From a virus, in the IMG/VR virus record IMGVR_UViG_3300044970_001685: a DNA stretch of 64,000 bases; one strand, 5' to 3'. The position numbers and the translations under genes are program-made. The notes beneath the pieces are model-generated. The model was not told the DNA's origin, made no database searches, and was given only the letters and a program-made list of their open reading frames with translations. Below, in pieces: positions 20,999 to 31,498 of the stretch (position 1 is its first letter; each line of letters starts with the position of its first letter).

Positions 20999-21660
20999 AT
21001 TTTAAAAGGTTTGTAAGTGCTTCACCTCAAACCCCCTATGCTCCAACTTGGGATTTTAGAGTTGGAACTTCTTTATGTGAAAATATTGATACTAACTCTC
21101 TTTCCCAGTTCTTATTAAGTAAAGAAAAAGAAGTAAAAAAACTACCAATATCTACCAGTTATATTGGTAAAAATGTTGATGGATACACTGGATTAGGAAA
21201 AAATAGTACAACATCTAAATTTCAATATTATAATATTCTTACTTGGAATCATCCTGAAATAAAAAAATTAAAACAACAAATTGTTAAAAATTTAATAATT
21301 TATAATAATGAGTGTGGAAATCAAACTCCAAATGAGTTATGGGTTCAATGTTGGTATAATGTATTGAGATTTGGTCAAAAAATTAAACCGCATTCGCATT
21401 CAACCAGCAGTGTTTCCTATTTAAGTGGTCACTTTAATCTTCAAGTAGAAAATACTTCAACTGTTTATATGTCACCAATCAATCAAATAAATGATCCAGA
21501 AATCATTGAGATTAAAAATAAAAATGGAGATATGACTTTGTTTCCATCATATATTTTTCATTATACAACCCCACACTATTCACTTAAACCAAGAATAACA
21601 ATCGCATTTGATATTTGTCCATATAACCATGCACTATATAATAATGCTATACGATTATGA
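20995..21660 (+). CDS. Putative 2OG-Fe(II) oxygenase (HxH type)
   Basis: W.N...PHSH...LSG...FPSYIFH...RITIAFD. Confidence 0.85.
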   Translation: MNFKRFVSASPQTPYAPTWDFRVGTSLCENIDTNSLSQFLLSKEKEVKKLPISTSYIGKNVDGYTGLGKNSTTSKFQYYNILTWNHPEIKKLKQQIVKNLIIYNNECGNQTPNELWVQCWYNVLRFGQKIKPHSHSTSSVSYLSGHFNLQVENTSTVYMSPINQINDPEIIEIKNKNGDMTLFPSYIFHYTTPHYSLKPRITIAFDICPYNHALYNNAIRL

Positions 21661-22211
21661 AAACTCAACTTTTTGAATACCCTTCTTATCAGTATCAGAT
21701 TGATGATTGGGATTTTAAAAAGAAGGGACTTCTCAATCGTATCAACTCTCAAAAGTTTGTAAGAACTACACTGCAAACTTTTGAGACTGATCGTCAAACA
21801 AATCGCAAAAATTATATTCATTACTTCCAAGACCTCATCAAACCTCAACTGTTTGAATTCTGTCAGGAAGCACAAGTCACTTGTAGTATGACTGATGCCT
21901 GGTCTGTGAGATATAAACAAGGAGACCACCAGACGATTCACAACCATCGCAGTTGGGGATTCTCTGGTGTTCTTTATGTTGAGTTTGATTCAAAGCATCA
22001 TACTCCTACTTGTTTTGTTGCTCCCTGGCAAGACCCAAGAACTGATACAACAACTCTGGCATATCCTCAAGATGTCAAAGAGGGAACATTAGTCATCGTT
22101 CCTTCTTATACATTACACTTTGTTCATCCTAATCAATCAAGAAAGCAGAGAACAATTATTGCTTTTGATTTACTTCCTAAACTTCCAGATCATCAAGCAA
22201 TAAATACTTAA
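21657..22211 (+). CDS. Putative 2OG-Fe(II) oxygenase (HxH type)
   Basis: IHNH...SGVLY...EG...PSY.LH.V.P...R..IAFD. Confidence 0.85.
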   Translation: MKTQLFEYPSYQYQIDDWDFKKKGLLNRINSQKFVRTTLQTFETDRQTNRKNYIHYFQDLIKPQLFEFCQEAQVTCSMTDAWSVRYKQGDHQTIHNHRSWGFSGVLYVEFDSKHHTPTCFVAPWQDPRTDTTTLAYPQDVKEGTLVIVPSYTLHFVHPNQSRKQRTIIAFDLLPKLPDHQAINT

Positions 22212-22224
22212 AAAAGTATTTAAA

Positions 22225-22479
22225 ATGTCTTACTTTATTAAGAAAGTACAAACTATTCAAAGACAAACTAAATCAATTTATTATCAGGGAAATTATAATT
22301 GGTCAACTAATTTTGATGATCGTAAATTATACGCTTCTCAGGAAGAAGCAACCACTGAACTTTATGCGTTTGGTGGTTTTGTTGTAAATAATGATGGATA
22401 TAATCCAAACGCGATAGACGGTGATGGTGATGGAATTGTTCAGGAAGGAACTGAGTTTGAAAGACCAACAGGTACTTGA
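22225..22479 (+). CDS. Small hypothetical protein with DGDGDG motif
   Basis: Late promoter upstream; AIDGDGDGIVQEGT. Confidence 0.65.
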   Translation: MSYFIKKVQTIQRQTKSIYYQGNYNWSTNFDDRKLYASQEEATTELYAFGGFVVNNDGYNPNAIDGDGDGIVQEGTEFERPTGT

Positions 22480-22511
22480 TAAGCATAAATAACTGAAAAG
22501 TATAACTCAAA

Positions 22512-23267
22512 ATGTCTGAAATAAGAGTTAATAATATTAAAAATGAGGCAGGAACTGGTGCTCCTACATTTCCAAATGGAGCAACAGTTCTTGGTACATT
22601 AACATCATCACAAGATGTTCAGGTTGGTGGTGCTCTGACTGTAACTGGTAATCTAACAGTTAATGGTACTCAGACAATTATTAATACAACTAATTTAGAA
22701 ATAACAGATCCTCTTGTTGGTATTGGATCTGGAAATACCACAGATGCACAAGCAGATGGTGATGGTATTCGGATTTATGGAACAACCAATAAGACTTTTA
22801 CATATAACGATACTAAGAAATCTTTTGAAGCAAATATTCCAATCGCTCCAAATGAAAGTAGATTTATTACTGGTGCGGAAAAGACTGCATTGATTTCGGG
22901 AAATACTGCAACATTAACATATAATTCTTCAAGTGCTAACGTTGCAATCTGCACAAATGCAACTGGCAATATTACGTTAAATGTTGTTGGTATTCCGACA
23001 TCCAGTGATTTTGATAATCACGCTGTAACCTTTACTGTGATTGCAACTTCAACGAGTGGTATTGCAAGAACTTGTACTGCTGTTAATATGAATGGAGTTT
23101 CTAAGACAATTAAGTGGGCAGGTGGTTCTCTTGCCAATGCTGTTTCCGGAATGACTACAACTGCTGGTTATACGATCTACGGATTTACTGGAATCAATAC
23201 CATTGGTTCTGCAAGCACGACTGATAACTATGAAGTATTTGGTGTAGCAAGCGGAGGATTCTATTGA
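22512..23267 (+). CDS. Short fibre/adaptor with 'socket A' domain
   Basis: MSEIRVNNIKNEAGTGAPTFPNG start; VAICTN...FTGINTIGSA..NY.V.G..SGGFY end. Confidence 0.75.
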   Translation: MSEIRVNNIKNEAGTGAPTFPNGATVLGTLTSSQDVQVGGALTVTGNLTVNGTQTIINTTNLEITDPLVGIGSGNTTDAQADGDGIRIYGTTNKTFTYNDTKKSFEANIPIAPNESRFITGAEKTALISGNTATLTYNSSSANVAICTNATGNITLNVVGIPTSSDFDNHAVTFTVIATSTSGIARTCTAVNMNGVSKTIKWAGGSLANAVSGMTTTAGYTIYGFTGINTIGSASTTDNYEVFGVASGGFY

Positions 23268-23268
23268 T

Positions 23269-24291
23269 ATGGCACCTATTATAAGCAGACTTTCTTCTCT
23301 TGGCGGAGGGGGAACTGGTGGATTTAGTTTTGGAAAAAGAAAAGTCCCTCTTGCTGCTGTCGGTGGTGTTAAAGCAAGTGGAGGTACTATAATTCCAAGT
23401 GCCGAATCTGGAAATGGATATACTTATCACGTATTTTTATACCCAAATGCAGATAATCTTATAGTAAACACTGCAATTACTGCGGATGTTTTAATTGTTG
23501 CTGGTGGTGGTGCTGGTGGTGGACATTTTTATGCAGGTGGTGGAGGAGCAGGTGGTGTTGTCTATGGACCCAATGTTCCACTTTCTGCCGCTTCACACAC
23601 CATTTCTGTTGGTAAAGGTGGAGATAAGGCACCAGGCGCACAAGGTGGTTCTGGAAGTAATTCTTTAATTTCTGGTCCTATAATAGGAACAATCACAGCA
23701 GTAGGTGGTGGAGCAGGAGGTCCAGTAGCTGCATTACCTGGTGGTTCTGGTGGTGGAAGTGGTCAATATTCAAATACAACTACACCAGCGGCACCTCAAC
23801 CAGTTCCTGGATTATTTACTGCTTATGGAAATGCTTCTACTACTACCACTGGATATGGTGATGGTGGCGGCGGAGCTGGTGGAGGAAATCTTGCTGCTCC
23901 TGCACCAACACGAGGAGGACACGGTGGTGCTGGACAACCATTCCCTGGATTCCCATCAACCATACTTGCTCCTGCGATACCTGCACCAATAAGACCACGA
24001 TGGTCTCCTACTGTAGGACCAACAGGATATTTTGGCGGTGGCGGCGGCGGAGCAAATTATTATACTACTACAGTTCGACCTTTAGGTGGTGTTGGTGGCG
24101 GCGGAGAAGGTGGTGGTGGTATAAATCGAGGTCCAGTTGGTGAGTATGATAACGGAGATCCTGGTGTTAATTTCACCGGTGGTGGAGGAGGTGGTGCAAA
24201 TTATGTTACTAGTACTACTAATCCACTCAACCCAACTCCTGGTGCTGGTGGAGATGGTGGACACGGTATTGTGATTGTCAGATATCAATAA
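23269..24291 (+). CDS. Glycine/proline-rich protein 2
   Basis: MAPIISRL..GGFSFG; YHVF; LIVAGGG; GIVIVRYQ. Confidence 0.75.
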   Translation: MAPIISRLSSLGGGGTGGFSFGKRKVPLAAVGGVKASGGTIIPSAESGNGYTYHVFLYPNADNLIVNTAITADVLIVAGGGAGGGHFYAGGGGAGGVVYGPNVPLSAASHTISVGKGGDKAPGAQGGSGSNSLISGPIIGTITAVGGGAGGPVAALPGGSGGGSGQYSNTTTPAAPQPVPGLFTAYGNASTTTTGYGDGGGGAGGGNLAAPAPTRGGHGGAGQPFPGFPSTILAPAIPAPIRPRWSPTVGPTGYFGGGGGGANYYTTTVRPLGGVGGGGEGGGGINRGPVGEYDNGDPGVNFTGGGGGGANYVTSTTNPLNPTPGAGGDGGHGIVIVRYQ

Positions 24292-24327
24292 ATTGGTGTA
24301 TAATAAATGTAAGTAAAGTATTTTATT

Positions 24328-25131
24328 ATGATCTTTGGTGGAAAAAAATATTATTTTCTTTCTGGATTACCTAGATCTGGAAATACTTTACTTGGATCTA
24401 TTCTCAACCAAAATAAAAACATATGTGTAACTGCTAATAGTCCAGTTGCAGATGTTTTTTATGAGATAGAAAATTTAAAAAACACTGATCCAAAATTTGT
24501 AAACTTTCCAGATACAAAATCAATAGATAATATAAGTAAAAAAATATTCTGTAATTATTATCGTGACTGGAAGTTTAAGTATATTATCGATAGGTCTTGT
24601 TGGGGAACTCCTGATAATTTAGAACTACTCAAAAAGTATTGTCCTAATGAAATAAAAGTAGTTGTATTAATTAGAGATTTAAACGAGATATTAGCATCTT
24701 TCCTTTATTGGTCTGAAAATAATAAAGGTAATTTTTTAGAAGAATTCAATACAACTGAAAAAAAGTGTGAAGTTTTAATGGACAGCAACGGACAGATTAT
24801 GAAATCTTTACACTCTTTATATAATTTAAATAAAAGCGAAAATAAAAGACACGCACTTTTCGTAAAGTATGAAGATCTTGTTTCTGATACTGAAAATAAG
24901 ATAAATCAAATTTATAAGTTTTTAGGAATAAAAAAATATCATCATCAACTAGAAAATATTTCTAATTTTAAATCTAATGAAATTGAATATAATGATATTG
25001 TTTTTGGACGTAATTTACACCGAGTAAAAAGTAAAATAAAAAAAACCGAATATAACTATCAAGATTATGTTCCAAAATCAATCATTGAAAAGTATAAAAA
25101 TTATAACTCATTGTATCTTTCATTAAAATGA
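24328..25131 (+). CDS. Sulfotransferase family protein
   Basis: SGLPRSGNTLLGSILNQN PAPS-binding loop; R...EILASF; YEDLV...IYKFLG. Confidence 0.88.
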   Translation: MIFGGKKYYFLSGLPRSGNTLLGSILNQNKNICVTANSPVADVFYEIENLKNTDPKFVNFPDTKSIDNISKKIFCNYYRDWKFKYIIDRSCWGTPDNLELLKKYCPNEIKVVVLIRDLNEILASFLYWSENNKGNFLEEFNTTEKKCEVLMDSNGQIMKSLHSLYNLNKSENKRHALFVKYEDLVSDTENKINQIYKFLGIKKYHHQLENISNFKSNEIEYNDIVFGRNLHRVKSKIKKTEYNYQDYVPKSIIEKYKNYNSLYLSLK

Positions 25132-25655
25132 ACTTTAACTATCAGTTTGTTGGAAAATTAAATTTCTTTCAGAGAATAAAAATAATCAGAAAGGTTAAAA
25201 AAATTTCAAAGTTAGAGTGGGGAGAATTTGATTTTAGACAAAAAACATTTGAAGCTCATAAGTTTACTCAAACTGTTCCTGTTATCTTTGATAAAAATTT
25301 TCAAAGTACAAAAACAAAATGGTATGATTTATTTCAAAAAGAACTAAAAGATATTGAAAATATCTGTGTGAGACACTATGGGCAAGGAAAAATTGTTCGT
25401 GTTATTTTGACAAAACTGTATTCGCAAAAATCAATACCACCACATATAGATTCTGGTCATTTACTTGAAGGAATTCGAAGAATACATATTCCGTTAATAT
25501 CAAATAAAAAAGTTTTATTTGTAGTTGATGATGAAGTTAAAAATATGAAAGTTGGTGAAATGTGGGAAATTAATAATACAAATAAAATACACTCTGTAAA
25601 TAACAACAGTGATATTGATAGGGTGCATTTTATAGTTGATTTTATAAATACCTAA
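25128..25655 (+). CDS. Aspartyl/asparaginyl beta-hydroxylase-like 2OG-Fe(II) oxygenase
   Basis: IPPHID...RIHIPL..N...GE.WEINN...HSV.N...RVH.I.D. Confidence 0.88.
   Translation: MNFNYQFVGKLNFFQRIKIIRKVKKISKLEWGEFDFRQKTFEAHKFTQTVPVIFDKNFQSTKTKWYDLFQKELKDIENICVRHYGQGKIVRVILTKLYSQKSIPPHIDSGHLLEGIRRIHIPLISNKKVLFVVDDEVKNMKVGEMWEINNTNKIHSVNNNSDIDRVHFIVDFINT
25643..25650 (+). promoter_or_regulatory. T4-type late promoter TATAAATA (representative; (A/C)TAAATA variants precede most structural genes)
   Basis: Also 33367 (exact) and variants near 3121, 10047, 17593, 22485, 26062, 26724, 29819, 31471, 33093, 35951, 36692, 40109, 53890, 54800, 63539. Confidence 0.8.
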
Positions 25656-25664
25656 AAACCTCCA

Positions 25665-26066
25665 ATGGCATACATCGGAAGACCACAACAAACTGGTCCA
25701 TACATTAAACTTGATGATATTTCAGATCAGTTTGACGGAACTAAAACCACTTTTAATTTGACACTTGGTGGTCAACCATACTTTACATCAAATCCTTATA
25801 CATTACTTTTATCACTTGATGGTGTCATTCAAGAACCCGTCGTTTCTTATGTCATTAGTGAGAATCAAATCACCTTTGCTGCTGCTCCTACATCAACAGG
25901 AAGATTTTACTGTATTGTGTTTGGAACTACTCTAAACACCGCTGCACTAACAAGTCTGACAATAGGAACCAGAACAACTGCTGCAACACTACCATTAAAT
26001 GGCGAACAACTTGGAGTTTTACAAAGAGATGGAACCAAAGGATTCATTGCATTTAATGTGGCATAA
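25665..26066 (+). CDS. Virion structural protein (fibre-base domain plus TIG.R connector)
   Basis: MAYIG.P...LDDIS..FDG..TTFNL...GVIQEP. Confidence 0.7.
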   Translation: MAYIGRPQQTGPYIKLDDISDQFDGTKTTFNLTLGGQPYFTSNPYTLLLSLDGVIQEPVVSYVISENQITFAAAPTSTGRFYCIVFGTTLNTAALTSLTIGTRTTAATLPLNGEQLGVLQRDGTKGFIAFNVA

Positions 26067-26091
26067 ATAATCAAAAGACTATTCAGATATA

Positions 26092-26727
26092 ATGGCGAAT
26101 AGATATCCGCTGATTTATAACTCCAATGCGAATCAACTTCAAGAACTCCAAGCAGGAGATAATCTTGATTTAGGTGGTTCGGGGATTAGTAGCGTAGGTA
26201 ATATTAGTAATGTAGGTAATATAAACTCAACGGGTATTATCACTGCAACTTCTTTCAGTGGGACTTTTAGTGGCACTTCAACACTTGCATCGGGACTAAC
26301 TGGTTCTCCAAGTATTGTTGTAAATAATCTTTATACATCTGGCATAAGCACTTTCACCCAAAACATAAATCTTCGTGATAATGTTAAGGCAAACTTTGGT
26401 GATGGTGATGATCTCAGAATCTATCACGATGGAACAAACAGTTATGTAGAAGATACGGGAACTGGAAACTTATATCTTTCTGGTTCAACTGATGTCATCA
26501 TTCAGCATCACAGCACTGGTGAAACGATGGCAAAGTTCACTGGCAATGGTGCCTCTGAACTTTATTATGATAATAGTAAAAAGTTTGAAACCGTTAGTGC
26601 TGGTGCTACGGTCACTGGAACTTTATATGCTACAAATTTTGTTGGTAATGGTTCACAACTAACTGGTATTGCTGCTGGTGGTGGTGAAGGTTCTTACAAT
26701 GAACTTGATGGTATGCTTTTTGGATAA
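26092..26727 (+). CDS. Short fibre segment
   Basis: MANRYPL..QEL..DNLDL; DLRIYHDG...ELYYDNSKKFET; C-terminal GMLFG. Confidence 0.75.
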   Translation: MANRYPLIYNSNANQLQELQAGDNLDLGGSGISSVGNISNVGNINSTGIITATSFSGTFSGTSTLASGLTGSPSIVVNNLYTSGISTFTQNINLRDNVKANFGDGDDLRIYHDGTNSYVEDTGTGNLYLSGSTDVIIQHHSTGETMAKFTGNGASELYYDNSKKFETVSAGATVTGTLYATNFVGNGSQLTGIAAGGGEGSYNELDGMLFG

Positions 26728-26750
26728 ATAACTTAAAAAAGAACAATACG

Positions 26751-27158
26751 ATGTCACTCAAAAGAACTAAACTACTGGGAATACAATCAGTCACTGGTAT
26801 TGCAACAGTAGGTATTTTGACAGTTGGAACAACTCAAACTGCTGGTGGAGTTGGAATTGCATCAACCACTTATGTTCGTGGTGTGATAATGCACAATACT
26901 GGATTTGCAACTTGCACTTCATCTCTTTATGTGTATCCAAGTAGTGTCGCTTCTCCTGTGACAGGTGTTGGACAAACTGCTTATCGTTTAGCAAGAGTAG
27001 ACTTATCGCAGAATGAAACTTTTTTCTTTGAAATGAATTATCCTTTGGTTCTTACAAATCAAGAAAAGATCGTTGTGGAAGTTATACCACCAGGGTCGGG
27101 AGGAGCAGGTATTGGTAGTGTCGTGAACTATCAAATTCTTGGTGATACTGATATCTGA
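26751..27158 (+). CDS. Small beta-sandwich 'cap' protein (paralogue 3, divergent)
   Basis: TYVRGVIMHN...PLVL...VNYQILGD; follows a ...MLFG gene. Confidence 0.6.
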   Translation: MSLKRTKLLGIQSVTGIATVGILTVGTTQTAGGVGIASTTYVRGVIMHNTGFATCTSSLYVYPSSVASPVTGVGQTAYRLARVDLSQNETFFFEMNYPLVLTNQEKIVVEVIPPGSGGAGIGSVVNYQILGDTDI

Positions 27159-27173
27159 TAAGAGGTAAATAGA

Positions 27174-28304
27174 ATGGGTGCAAAAAGTTCAGACAAAGGA
27201 CCTAAAGGTGTTGGTAATAATAAAAGGTTAGATCAACATCTTGTTGAATATTTCAGTACAAAAAGAACGAGTGGAATATCGACAAATTATGTTCCTCCAT
27301 TACCAAGTATAAATGCTACTGGAGGAACAATTACCACTTGGAATGATTACACAATACATTCTTTTCCTGGTGGATCACTTGATAGTTCAAATCCATACAC
27401 GTTTACTATTCCTGCAAATGCAACACCAATAATACCGTCAACTAATTTTGACATTATTCTAGTCGCTGGTGGTGGTACTGGTGGAGATGATCAACCGGGT
27501 TCATATGGAGGAGGTGGTGGTGGAGCTGGTGGAGTAAGATTTATTCCACAAATATCATTACCTGTTGGGTCATATCCAATTGGTGTTGGTGGCGGTGCTG
27601 CAGCTGCTGCGGACGGCGCACAGGGACAACCAACAGTTTTTAATGCCCCAAACGGTAATGGTGTTCCATCAATTACAGTTCATGGTGGAGGATATGGTGG
27701 AGCAGGTGGAGGAGGTGGTGGTGGAAACGGCGGTTGTGGTGGAGGAAAAGATTATCCCGGTCCAACAGCTCAATTTGGTGCAGGAAATAATGGAGCAGGA
27801 AATAGTCCAGAACCAAGAGCAAGTGGACCAACATCACCCATTGGCGATACTAGATTCCAAGGAAGTCCTGGAAACGCAACTGCCTCTGATACATCTTACT
27901 CTGGTGGTGGCGGTGGTGGAGCAAGATATAGTCCACCAACATATTACTCTTCACCAATACCAGGACCTGGTATCACTGTTCCTGCTCCCGCAGCTTCTTT
28001 TAGAGCGCAAGGTGGTGATGGAATTGATTTTAGTCCTATAATTGGACCAAGAGCAACTAATGGATTTGGTGATAGTAATTATCCAACAGAAGCTTGGTTT
28101 GGTGGTGGAGGTCATGGAGGTCAATACCCAGGAGGAACTGGTGCTCCTGGCACGGGAGGAAAAGGTGGTGGAGGTGGAGCTCCTCAACCATCAAAAAATG
28201 GACAACCAAATACTGGTGGAGGTGGAGCAGTTTATCAGGGAAATGGTGGTCCAGGAATTGTATTAATCAGATACAAAAATACTGGAGGATCTACTGGATC
28301 TTAA
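27174..28304 (+). CDS. Glycine/proline-rich protein 3
   Basis: ATGG...IHSF...LVAGGG...GIVLIRY. Confidence 0.75.
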   Translation: MGAKSSDKGPKGVGNNKRLDQHLVEYFSTKRTSGISTNYVPPLPSINATGGTITTWNDYTIHSFPGGSLDSSNPYTFTIPANATPIIPSTNFDIILVAGGGTGGDDQPGSYGGGGGGAGGVRFIPQISLPVGSYPIGVGGGAAAAADGAQGQPTVFNAPNGNGVPSITVHGGGYGGAGGGGGGGNGGCGGGKDYPGPTAQFGAGNNGAGNSPEPRASGPTSPIGDTRFQGSPGNATASDTSYSGGGGGGARYSPPTYYSSPIPGPGITVPAPAASFRAQGGDGIDFSPIIGPRATNGFGDSNYPTEAWFGGGGHGGQYPGGTGAPGTGGKGGGGGAPQPSKNGQPNTGGGGAVYQGNGGPGIVLIRYKNTGGSTGS

Positions 28305-28330
28305 ATATAAAACTTTTGCTTTAAAATATC

Positions 28331-28906
28331 ATGAGAGAATTTTTTGTGCTGGATAATTTTTTTGAAGATCCAGATGAGGTTAGAAAAAGAGCTTTAAATT
28401 ATTTTAGATTTTATAATTCAACAGATCATCCAGATCCTCAACATCTATTGCAGTTTCCTGGATTGAGAACCAATTATATTAATCTTCAAGATACTGAATT
28501 ATCTAAAATGATTATTGAAAAACAAGCGGCAATAACAAACTTTATTACAAATAATTGCGTAGATTGGTCGCATGAAGACAATAGAGTGTGGAATACTTTT
28601 TCACTTACTTTTAAAAATATAAACAAGCAGTTACCTCAATGGCATCAAGATTTTATTGGAGAAAATGATAATAAGTGTGAGTATTATTATGCTGGTGTTG
28701 TTTATTTAAATAAAAATGTAAGAAAAGGGAGAGGAACAAAAATAAAACTTTCTTCTGGTGAAATTGTAAATATTGAGAATAAGTATAATCGTTTTGTAAT
28801 ATACAATTCAAAACTTCCACATACGATTGCAAAATCTTTTGGATGGAATAAAGATAATGGTAGACTTGTAATGTCTCAATTTTTTTCTTTCAATCTAAAA
28901 AAATAA
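28331..28906 (+). CDS. 2OG-Fe(II) oxygenase-like protein (DUF6445-like)
   Basis: LDNFFEDPD.VR..A; FPGLR; WHQD; AGVVYLN; YNR.VIY...H...FG...RL. Confidence 0.8.
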   Translation: MREFFVLDNFFEDPDEVRKRALNYFRFYNSTDHPDPQHLLQFPGLRTNYINLQDTELSKMIIEKQAAITNFITNNCVDWSHEDNRVWNTFSLTFKNINKQLPQWHQDFIGENDNKCEYYYAGVVYLNKNVRKGRGTKIKLSSGEIVNIENKYNRFVIYNSKLPHTIAKSFGWNKDNGRLVMSQFFSFNLKK

Positions 28907-28930
28907 ATAGATAAAACAAGAAGGGCAACG

Positions 28931-29317
28931 ATGTTTAATTTTGCGAGAGTTAATTCCAATAACAAAGTTGTAGATGTTGTCTTTGTATTTGATGATATTG
29001 TAACAGATGATGATGGCAATTTATATGAACATTGGGCATACACTTACTTGTATGAAAAATATCCAGATTCAAAAAAAGATTATTGGGTAATGATTGATAA
29101 TAAAAAAAATTGGGGATACATAGGTAATACCTTTGATAAGTTTAAAGATGGATTTATTTCTGAAAAACCATATCCATCGTGGACATTGGATGAAAACACT
29201 TTGAAGTGGACTCCACCTGTACCAGAACCAATTTTAACTGATGAAGAAAAAGAAGTTTCAACTAATTTAAACTGGAATGAAGAACTTCAAGTATGGGAAA
29301 AATATACCTTAATATGA
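28931..29317 (+). CDS. Hypothetical protein, MAHFA-family paralogue
   Basis: FA.V..NN.V..V; FI..KPYPSWTLDE...W.PPVP.P...WNEE...W. Confidence 0.7.
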   Translation: MFNFARVNSNNKVVDVVFVFDDIVTDDDGNLYEHWAYTYLYEKYPDSKKDYWVMIDNKKNWGYIGNTFDKFKDGFISEKPYPSWTLDENTLKWTPPVPEPILTDEEKEVSTNLNWNEELQVWEKYTLI

Positions 29318-29362
29318 TATAATAAATATTTTAAAATAACATCAATTAATATAAAGAAAACA

Positions 29363-29785
29363 ATGGCACACTTTGCACAACTAGATGAAAACAACGTGGT
29401 AACTCAGGTCATTGTAGTTGCCAATGAAGATACTTCGGATGTAAACGGAAACGAAGTAGAAGAAATCGGTGTAGCATTCTGTAAGAAACTTCTGGGTGCT
29501 GATACCAACTGGAAGCAGACTTCATACAACAATACTTTCCGTGTGAGATATGCAGGTATCGGTTACTCCTACAATGCAGAACTGGATGCTTTCATTGCAC
29601 CAAAGACCTTTGAGTCTTGGGTTCTCAACACAGAAACCGCTGACTGGGAATCGCCAGTTGGTCCTGCTCCTGCATTGACCGAAGCAGAGATTGAAGCACG
29701 TTCATTCTATCGCTGGGACGAAGAAGCAGGTGCTTGGGAACTCTTTACTCCCGAACCACCAGCAGAAGAAACACCTGCCGAATGA
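29363..29785 (+). CDS. Hypothetical protein (MAHFAQLDENN family; possible adhesin partner/chaperone)
   Basis: WKQTSYN..FR..YAGIG..Y...DAFIAP...SW; paralogue of 28931. Confidence 0.75.
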   Translation: MAHFAQLDENNVVTQVIVVANEDTSDVNGNEVEEIGVAFCKKLLGADTNWKQTSYNNTFRVRYAGIGYSYNAELDAFIAPKTFESWVLNTETADWESPVGPAPALTEAEIEARSFYRWDEEAGAWELFTPEPPAEETPAE

Positions 29786-29790
29786 TACGC

Positions 29791-29814
29791 AAGGAGGGGC
29801 AACCCTCTTTTTTT
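29791..29814 (+). terminator. Terminator
   Basis: GAGGG-gcaa-CCCTC followed by a T tract. Confidence 0.75.
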
Positions 29815-29852
29815 ATAACTAAATAATAGCAACGCAGATCATCTATAAATCA

Positions 29853-31475
29853 ATGCCCCTTATCGGCAATCCTTATGTCGTTGGAGATACGACAGGAAAC
29901 TTTAAGAAACTTGATAATCTTTCGTCATACACTTTGACGTTTGATCCGTCAGTTAAAGTATCTCTCACAAACGACACAATCACTGAAATAGATCATAGGT
30001 TCGTTACAGGACAGAGAGTCACCTATACGCACGGCGGTGGAAGTGCAATCGGTGGTCTGACTTCTGGAAGTGCTTATTATATTGTAAAAGAAGATGTAAA
30101 TACGGTTAAACTTGCTTCAACATATGCAGATGCGCTTGCAAGCAATACAATCAATCTGACTTCTGTTGGATCGGGAACTGCTCATACACTAAATCTTGCT
30201 TTTGATGGGATTAACACAAGATTTAGAGCGACTTATAATAATGGAACAGGAGCAAGAATCACAAATGCTTCTCAACTGACCATTTCAATCAATGGTGTTC
30301 TACAACAACCATTTGAGACTGCAACACCTTCAGAAGGTTATGGTATTGAGCATCCTGGTGTTATTGTTTTTTCAGTTGCTCCTGGTAGTGGCGATGTCTT
30401 CTGGGGAAACATTATTGCCAATAATTTCCCAACTTATGATATTAGTGATAATAAGGTTGATACTTTCACCGCAAATGGTGTAGATACTGATTTTACACTC
30501 TCCCAAGTAGCACCAAATAATGAAAGCGTTCTTGTAACGATTGATGGTGTTACACAATATCCAAGTGATAATGATACTGCAAGATCATATTCAATCTATG
30601 GTAGTGTTCTAAGTTTTACTGAGGCACCATCTCCTGGGGCATATATTCAGGCAAGACACATTGGTTTTGCTGGTGCCACAAGTAGTGCAGTCACTGGATT
30701 TAATGGAAGAACTGGTAATGTTGGACTAAGAACTGGTGATCCATTAGTCGGTGTTGGTATTCAATCTGGTGGACTCGTAGTTGGAACTGGTGTTACCATT
30801 CTAAACTTTGTAGGAACTGGAAATACTTTTGCCGTTGTCGGTGATCGTGTCGACATCAGCATTCAAGGTGGTGGAGGTAGTGGTTCACTTGTTGCCAAAC
30901 AATCATTTACGATCACATCTACTCAGTCAGTTTTCACATTAACTGAGGAATATGATGCTGGAATGGTTGATGTTTATGTGAATGGTGTACGTCTACCTTC
31001 TGGTGATTTTACAGAAACTATTCCAAATATAGTCACACTTGGAACAGCAGCAGAGGCAGGGGACATAGTTGAATTTATTTCATATAGTCAAAGAATTGAG
31101 AACACAGTTTTACAGTCAACACTTACAAATCTTCGTGTAACTGGCATTAGTTCTGTTGGCACTGGTATTACAATGACTGCTTCTTCTGGAAGCATAAGCG
31201 CAACAACATATTATGGTGATGGATCAAATCTAACAAATCTAAAAGCGGGTGTAGGGACAAATGTTTCTACTGTAGATGGATTTACTTATATTGATCAAAG
31301 TGGAAAATTAATCACATCAAATATAGTATTTGATACAACAAACTCTGGAACTTCTGACTCTTATGTTCTATTGAAAGATCAAAAAATGACTATAAACACT
31401 GGTGTTGGAGTTACTATTGGTGATGGAAAACTTTTAATAATCAATGCTTTTGACTTACCAAATCCACTCACATAA
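29853..31475 (+). CDS. Virion structural protein with repeated fibre-base domains and C-terminal connector
   Basis: H.F.TG..V.Y domain; three NGV.Q/F..AP-type domains; C-terminal INTGVGVTIGDGKLLII. Confidence 0.75.
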   Translation: MPLIGNPYVVGDTTGNFKKLDNLSSYTLTFDPSVKVSLTNDTITEIDHRFVTGQRVTYTHGGGSAIGGLTSGSAYYIVKEDVNTVKLASTYADALASNTINLTSVGSGTAHTLNLAFDGINTRFRATYNNGTGARITNASQLTISINGVLQQPFETATPSEGYGIEHPGVIVFSVAPGSGDVFWGNIIANNFPTYDISDNKVDTFTANGVDTDFTLSQVAPNNESVLVTIDGVTQYPSDNDTARSYSIYGSVLSFTEAPSPGAYIQARHIGFAGATSSAVTGFNGRTGNVGLRTGDPLVGVGIQSGGLVVGTGVTILNFVGTGNTFAVVGDRVDISIQGGGGSGSLVAKQSFTITSTQSVFTLTEEYDAGMVDVYVNGVRLPSGDFTETIPNIVTLGTAAEAGDIVEFISYSQRIENTVLQSTLTNLRVTGISSVGTGITMTASSGSISATTYYGDGSNLTNLKAGVGTNVSTVDGFTYIDQSGKLITSNIVFDTTNSGTSDSYVLLKDQKMTINTGVGVTIGDGKLLIINAFDLPNPLT

Positions 31476-31498
31476 ATAACTAAAAAAGAAGCGTAAAG

